This document shows positions 37,063-41,121 of a stretch of DNA of 41,121 bases, piece after piece; position 1 is the first letter of the stretch, and each line of letters begins with the position of its first letter. Position numbers and translations under genes: made by a program. The DNA comes from a bacterium (GTDB lineage: Bacteria; Patescibacteriota; Patescibacteriia; JACQRZ01), in NCBI GenBank assembly GCA_030688365.1, contig JAUYIE010000005.1, positions 71,764 to 112,884 of the forward strand, written 5' to 3'. The notes under the pieces were generated by a model. That model was not told the DNA's origin. It ran no database searches and saw nothing but the letters and a program-made list of their open reading frames with translations.

Positions 37063-38301
37063 TTACGGTTTTTTTTGAGATTTTATGGCCTTTTTATACA
37101 ATTCCATAAGTTTGTTGTAGTGATCCAAAGGAAAAAGGTTTTTTTGCACCCATGAACGGGATTTTTGACCCAATTGTTGAGACACGTGGGGATTGGATAA
37201 CAGTATTTGTGCCTTTTTGGCCATATCTGAATAGTCACCGGGGATAAAAAGGAGTCGATTATCAATCATATCCAATACTTCAGCAATCCCGCCGATCCGC
37301 GCGCCAAGCACTGCTTTGCCCATCGCCATCGCCTCTGTCATAGAGTATCCGAGTACTTCATACCATATAGAAGGCATCAGCACTAATGCGGATTGACGAA
37401 CAAGCTTTTTGAGAGCAATACCTTTTACAAATCCAAGAAAATCAACCCTGTCACTTATCCCCTCCTTTATACAAAGTTGCTTAAGGTACTCTTGTTGCGG
37501 ACCCACACCTGCGATCTTCAAACGATAATCGCGCAGTACCTTCATCGCGCGAATAGCTGTATCAAATCCTTTCTCTTCTGACAAACGTCCATAACACAAA
37601 AGATATGATCCTACTGTCGTCGCCGGAGCGATCATTGTCGTATCAAGCGGATAGTACATAGTGACAATCCGTGTTTTTGGCATACCATATTCTACTAATA
37701 GATCTTTCACTGCTTTAGATGGGGCAATCCAATAATTCACCCCCTTGTCATATATATGCATCCACTTATGAATATACATTTCTATAGCAGTCAGTACGCT
37801 CGCAAAAAATGATCGTTTTGTACAACGATTAAATACTTCCCTATAAAACATCCCTCCTTTGCATAATGTTTCAATCTTTCCACTGCAAAATAGCTTGTAA
37901 TTTGGACAAATCAATTTGTAGTCATTTACGGTTTGTACAACAGGAATATGATACTTTCTACATACGTCCAATATAGATGGCGATATTTGATGATAGATAT
38001 TTTGTATATGTACGATGTCGGGTTTGACCTCTCTGACCAAACTTTCAAACGTTCGTTTTGCTTCATGTGAGTAAATCATCCGCATCGCTACGTGTATTTT
38101 TTCCCTTAATCCTGTGGGATGTTCAAAGTCAATAAAAGACACAAAATATTTACTCCAGGGAGTACGCTCGTTGGATGGATGTTGCATAGCAAACGGGATC
38201 ACCTCATGACCGTGTTCTTTCAAAAGATCTATCAAATCAAACAAATATGTAGTTGATCCGTCTCTGCGATAAAAATGTTTGTGTGCGATTATTATTTTCA
38301 T
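37063..38301 (-). CDS. glycosyltransferase family 4
   Basis: KPDIVHIQNIYHQISPS, DYKLICPN, GRLSEEKG, PSIWYE..EAMAMGK. Confidence 0.93.
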   Translation of the reverse strand: MKIIIAHKHFYRRDGSTTYLFDLIDLLKEHGHEVIPFAMQHPSNERTPWSKYFVSFIDFEHPTGLREKIHVAMRMIYSHEAKRTFESLVREVKPDIVHIQNIYHQISPSILDVCRKYHIPVVQTVNDYKLICPNYKLFCSGKIETLCKGGMFYREVFNRCTKRSFFASVLTAIEMYIHKWMHIYDKGVNYWIAPSKAVKDLLVEYGMPKTRIVTMYYPLDTTMIAPATTVGSYLLCYGRLSEEKGFDTAIRAMKVLRDYRLKIAGVGPQQEYLKQLCIKEGISDRVDFLGFVKGIALKKLVRQSALVLMPSIWYEVLGYSMTEAMAMGKAVLGARIGGIAEVLDMIDNRLLFIPGDYSDMAKKAQILLSNPHVSQQLGQKSRSWVQKNLFPLDHYNKLMELYKKAIKSQKKP

Positions 38302-38302
38302 A

Positions 38303-39223
38303 CTATATCTTTTTCCATGATTGCCACTGCATCTCTGTGCTATATACGCGCATGGTTGATGTAGGATATATCAACAACTTCACTGCGAGTTTTGTCTTCA
38401 ATAAAAATCGTAAGCATGTATATCTCAATACTTGTGTGGAGTGCCATAATTTCCAAAATGACAATATACTATGCGCCTCCAAAATATTTGCGTACGTGTA
38501 TCGCCCGACGTCATGACCAAATGAACCGCTATGAATATGGGTAAGTACTGCAGACGACAGATACCACACCCTATACCCCTGATTCTGTATACGCAAACAT
38601 AAATCCACATCCTCAACATACATAAAATATGTCGGATTAAATAATTCAGTATTTTTTTTCAACGCGCGCCTTCGTATCATCATGCATCCACCGCTTACCC
38701 ACGATACCCCGTGACTATGTTTAAACATATACGCAGTCAAAATACCGGGCATCACTATTTTTCCAATAGGTAATACTCTATACACGAATATTTGCTGAAA
38801 CACCTCTCGCCAAAATGTTGGACGATAACCAAAACTGCCCTGCATAGAACCATCAACATTACGCATCTGCGCACCGACAATACCAATATCGTCACGTGTG
38901 TTTAAAAACGAGACCATTTTTTTTGCGCATAAGTTGTCAACAAACACATCAGGATTTACCAGCCATACGTACGCCCCTTTTGTACATTTATATATTTCAT
39001 TATTTGCCTTACCAAATCCTACATTTTTTTTAGACATGACAAACGTGAACTTTTTTTTATATTTTTTTAAAATATCTATCGTGTCATCTGTCGATGCGTT
39101 ATCTATCACAAACACCTCGTTGTGTATGTCTTTTAGAGATACAAAAAGAGTATCAAGGCATTGTTTTATATACCTACTGTTATTATGAGTAACAATGATG
39201 ACAGAAAGCAAAGGTTCTTTCAT
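38303..39223 (-). CDS. glycosyltransferase family 2 (WbbL-like)
   Basis: Start MKEPLLSVIIVTHN (ATGA overlap at 39220-39223); IDNASTD, NVGFGKANN, VNPD, VSGGCMMIR, FMYVEDVDLC. Confidence 0.92.
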   Translation of the reverse strand: MKEPLLSVIIVTHNNSRYIKQCLDTLFVSLKDIHNEVFVIDNASTDDTIDILKKYKKKFTFVMSKKNVGFGKANNEIYKCTKGAYVWLVNPDVFVDNLCAKKMVSFLNTRDDIGIVGAQMRNVDGSMQGSFGYRPTFWREVFQQIFVYRVLPIGKIVMPGILTAYMFKHSHGVSWVSGGCMMIRRRALKKNTELFNPTYFMYVEDVDLCLRIQNQGYRVWYLSSAVLTHIHSGSFGHDVGRYTYANILEAHSILSFWKLWHSTQVLRYTCLRFLLKTKLAVKLLIYPTSTMRVYSTEMQWQSWKKI

Positions 39224-40554
39224 GAGCGTACACGAGAATATGCAACGAAAATCCCAATGACATACCAAAAAAGTATACCATAGATCAATCCAATGATCGT
39301 TACTTCAAACATTGAGTTGATCGCAACCGTGAGCAATACGCCAGACAATGTTGCCCACATGATGAGATTTTTTTTACGTCGTGAAAAATATCCATTACGA
39401 TACAAAAAACTTAGTTGATACAACAGATAACCAAAAAGTGCTAAACCTACAAGGCCAAATTCTGCAGTGTACTGCACAAAGATATTATTCGCCTCTCCAT
39501 CATAAAATCCTGTATGATCATCATACGCAACCTTCAGATTTCCCGCACCCTGTCCGATCAAAGGACTTTCCAAAAAGATCTGCCACGCTGTTTGTAATTC
39601 TAAAATACGAAACCGTGTACTCGCATCAGATAAGACGTGAGTGAATCGATTGGCCACCAACGATACACCAGTTGCAGGTGCGACTTGATCCGTCAAAAGA
39701 CCTTCAGCACTTCTTATGGCAACCAATATGGTTGTGCCAGGAAATATTTTTGTAGGTAAATACGTGATGCCTGCATACAATACTATGGCAGATAGTGTCA
39801 AAGCTATAATTCCGAGGAAATGTTTTCGTATTAGTAGAGTCATACATGCAATCGCGCATGCAATCGCAATGATTGCCGCCTTACTCGCTGCAAATAACAC
39901 GGCTACCACAAGAAAAATGTACACTACTGCCATAGTGATACGTTTCCAACGTTGAGTAGCAATGGCAAATAATCCCAACGTAACAGGTATGGTAAGTGCG
40001 ATCATTGCTACCACTGCTGACATCGCCCCCAAGGGCGTTACAAGAAACGCACGGTTCATATACAAAAGATCCCCGTAGGGAATACCAAGAATGATATAGA
40101 GAACAAAAACACCACCTACAATCGCAGGTATCACCAGTGCTGACAGTGCTGTGATGCACTGTCGCTTTGTTTTAAAAAAATTGATGACAAGAAAAAAAAT
40201 CGCATATTGATACAACAATACGCGTATCGCAATAATCCATTTATCAAGATTATTCACCCACAATACCGATAGAACATTGAGGATGAACAATGCAATCAAG
40301 GTATAGCCGATTGGTGTGATATTTATCTTTGCAAATTTCCTTGGCGAACTCAAAAGATACACAAGATACGCAATCGTCATCAGGGCGATGACTATCTCAC
40401 TCAATGTGATCTCATATTGAAAACCAAGTACAGGGATCATAATGCATTTACCAAAAATGAAAAGAACAGGCACCGCAAGAAGCGCGTACCACATCTTTGT
40501 TTCAAAAAAATGATTGAGAGAGAACGCTGTATTTTTTCGTTGCCGTCGTTTCAT
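39220..40554 (-). CDS. O-antigen ligase/polymerase (Wzy_C)-family membrane protein
   Basis: About 12 TM helices; AASKAA, RFRIL..AWQIFLESPLIGQGAGN, ANNIFVQYTAEFGLVGL. Confidence 0.85.
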   Translation of the reverse strand: MKRRQRKNTAFSLNHFFETKMWYALLAVPVLFIFGKCIMIPVLGFQYEITLSEIVIALMTIAYLVYLLSSPRKFAKINITPIGYTLIALFILNVLSVLWVNNLDKWIIAIRVLLYQYAIFFLVINFFKTKRQCITALSALVIPAIVGGVFVLYIILGIPYGDLLYMNRAFLVTPLGAMSAVVAMIALTIPVTLGLFAIATQRWKRITMAVVYIFLVVAVLFAASKAAIIAIACAIACMTLLIRKHFLGIIALTLSAIVLYAGITYLPTKIFPGTTILVAIRSAEGLLTDQVAPATGVSLVANRFTHVLSDASTRFRILELQTAWQIFLESPLIGQGAGNLKVAYDDHTGFYDGEANNIFVQYTAEFGLVGLALFGYLLYQLSFLYRNGYFSRRKKNLIMWATLSGVLLTVAINSMFEVTIIGLIYGILFWYVIGIFVAYSRVRS

Positions 40555-40579
40555 ATTGCATATAATTATACCACAAATT

Positions 40580-40610
40580 AAAATAGATTCAGTTTTAGTG
40601 AATCTATTTT
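40580..40610. repeat. 12-bp perfect inverted repeat (terminator or operator)
   Basis: AAAATAGATTCA-gttttag-TGAATCTATTTT, covering the -35 position of the promoter whose TGgTATAAT -10 is at 40565-40570. Confidence 0.6.
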
Positions 40611-40621
40611 TAATATTATTG

Positions 40622-40644
40622 TGCTACGTCCTTTCTACGTAGCA
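40622..40644 (-). terminator. hairpin just after the stop of the ATPS-repeat gene
   Basis: TGCTACGT-cctttct-ACGTAGCA, 7 nt past stop 40652; no clear U-tract. Confidence 0.4.
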
Positions 40645-40651
40645 TTAAATG

Positions 40652-41121
40652 TTATGAGTGCTTCCGGAACACTCCGTCCATGTATCCAATATCATTGGCG
40701 TGGAGTGCGGGACCTGCGGTCCCGTTGAACAAGAACGCACTGCCATCGACCTGGCTCGGATTTAGCCAGGCAACAATTTCAGCAGTGGTGGTATTGAATA
40801 CCACTATCTGTCCAAATCCGCTCCCTGTGGGTGCGGTCAAGGCAACCGAATGGTCGCTTCGCATAAAAACGCCTGTGGTCGGCGGACCATTTGAATAGGC
40901 GTAATACGCGACGACCAAATCTTTTGCGACCAGTGCCGCATGCAGATTATCAGGTCTGCCATAAAAAGGTGAATCCGAATACATCCACCATATATCACGA
41001 TTCATGTTCGTGATAGTGATGGTGCTTGTTTCCGCACCTTCCATTGCCGCCCTTACTGTCGGAGCCGGTGTTGCAGACGGCGTTGCTGAAGGCGTGGCAC
41101 TCGGAGTTGCAGACGGCGTTG
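40652..41121 (-). CDS. partial hypothetical protein with Pro/Thr/Ser/Ala-rich linker (5' end outside window)
   Basis: The frame of track ORF 40652-41044 stays open to the window edge: TPSATPSATPSATPSATPAPTVRAAMEGA.. Confidence 0.75.
   Translation of the reverse strand, partial: TPSATPSATPSATPSATPAPTVRAAMEGAETSTITITNMNRDIWWMYSDSPFYGRPDNLHAALVAKDLVVAYYAYSNGPPTTGVFMRSDHSVALTAPTGSGFGQIVVFNTTTAEIVAWLNPSQVDGSAFLFNGTAGPALHANDIGYMDGVFRKHS
41066..41121 (-). repeat. 12-nt coding tandem repeat, (Ala-Thr-Pro-Ser)n
   Basis: At least four units with synonymous variation (gca acg ccg tct / gca act ccg agt / gcc acg cct tca / gca acg ccg tct). Confidence 0.85.

Noticed and set aside
7417-39268. Long N-terminal extensions in track ORFs (priA 7417, fmt 9909, GT4 16947, secF 33630, GT2 39268)
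   Set aside because: They overlap upstream genes; downstream ATGs (7546, 9948, 16818, 33579, 39223) match the family N-termini.
41066-41121. Tandem repeat as a CRISPR array or VNTR
   Set aside because: 12-nt in-frame units with synonymous changes and no spacers; it is a coding low-complexity linker.
1-41121. Alternative genetic code (UGA=Gly) or structural RNA genes
   Set aside because: TGA acts as a stop in ATGA overlaps (15706, 39220) and conserved genes are intact under code 11; intergenic gaps are short with no tRNA-, rRNA- or tmRNA-like sequence seen.

Overview
A 41-kb gene-dense, AT-rich chromosomal segment. Gene content and protein styles suggest a Candidate Phyla Radiation (Patescibacteria, Parcubacteria-like) bacterium; this is an inference. 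TGA is used as a stop, so the code is 11. Contents in order: a partial MgtA-like P-type ATPase, divergent from clpB with a CIRCE operator; a secreted lysozyme-like repeat protein; a MEMO1/LigB-family gene; priA-def-fmt; gpmA; glycan cluster 1 (GT2/O-antigen-ligase fusion, GT2, GT4, flippase) interrupted by truB and a small ORF; infA-rpmJ-rpsM-rpsK-rpsD-rpoA-rplQ-rplM-rpsI; a short alaS; mnmA; a small membrane ORF; an alpha/beta hydrolase; an apparent operon of membrane protein, VirD4/TraD-like ATPase, cysteine desulfurase and membrane protein; secF and secD; glycan cluster 2; and a partial (ATPS)n-repeat protein. I saw no tRNA, rRNA, CRISPR array or transposase. The notable signals are remodelled housekeeping proteins: RpoA whose alpha-CTD is replaced by an acidic linker plus an AT-hook (KKKRGRPKK); ClpB with both a full M-domain and a ClpC-type MGF loop that may dock ClpP; SecD with two nested parvulin domains and an EF-hand-like loop; and a PriA lacking helicase motifs. 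Many genes also have a -10 box 7-10 nt before the ATG, suggesting leaderless mRNAs.
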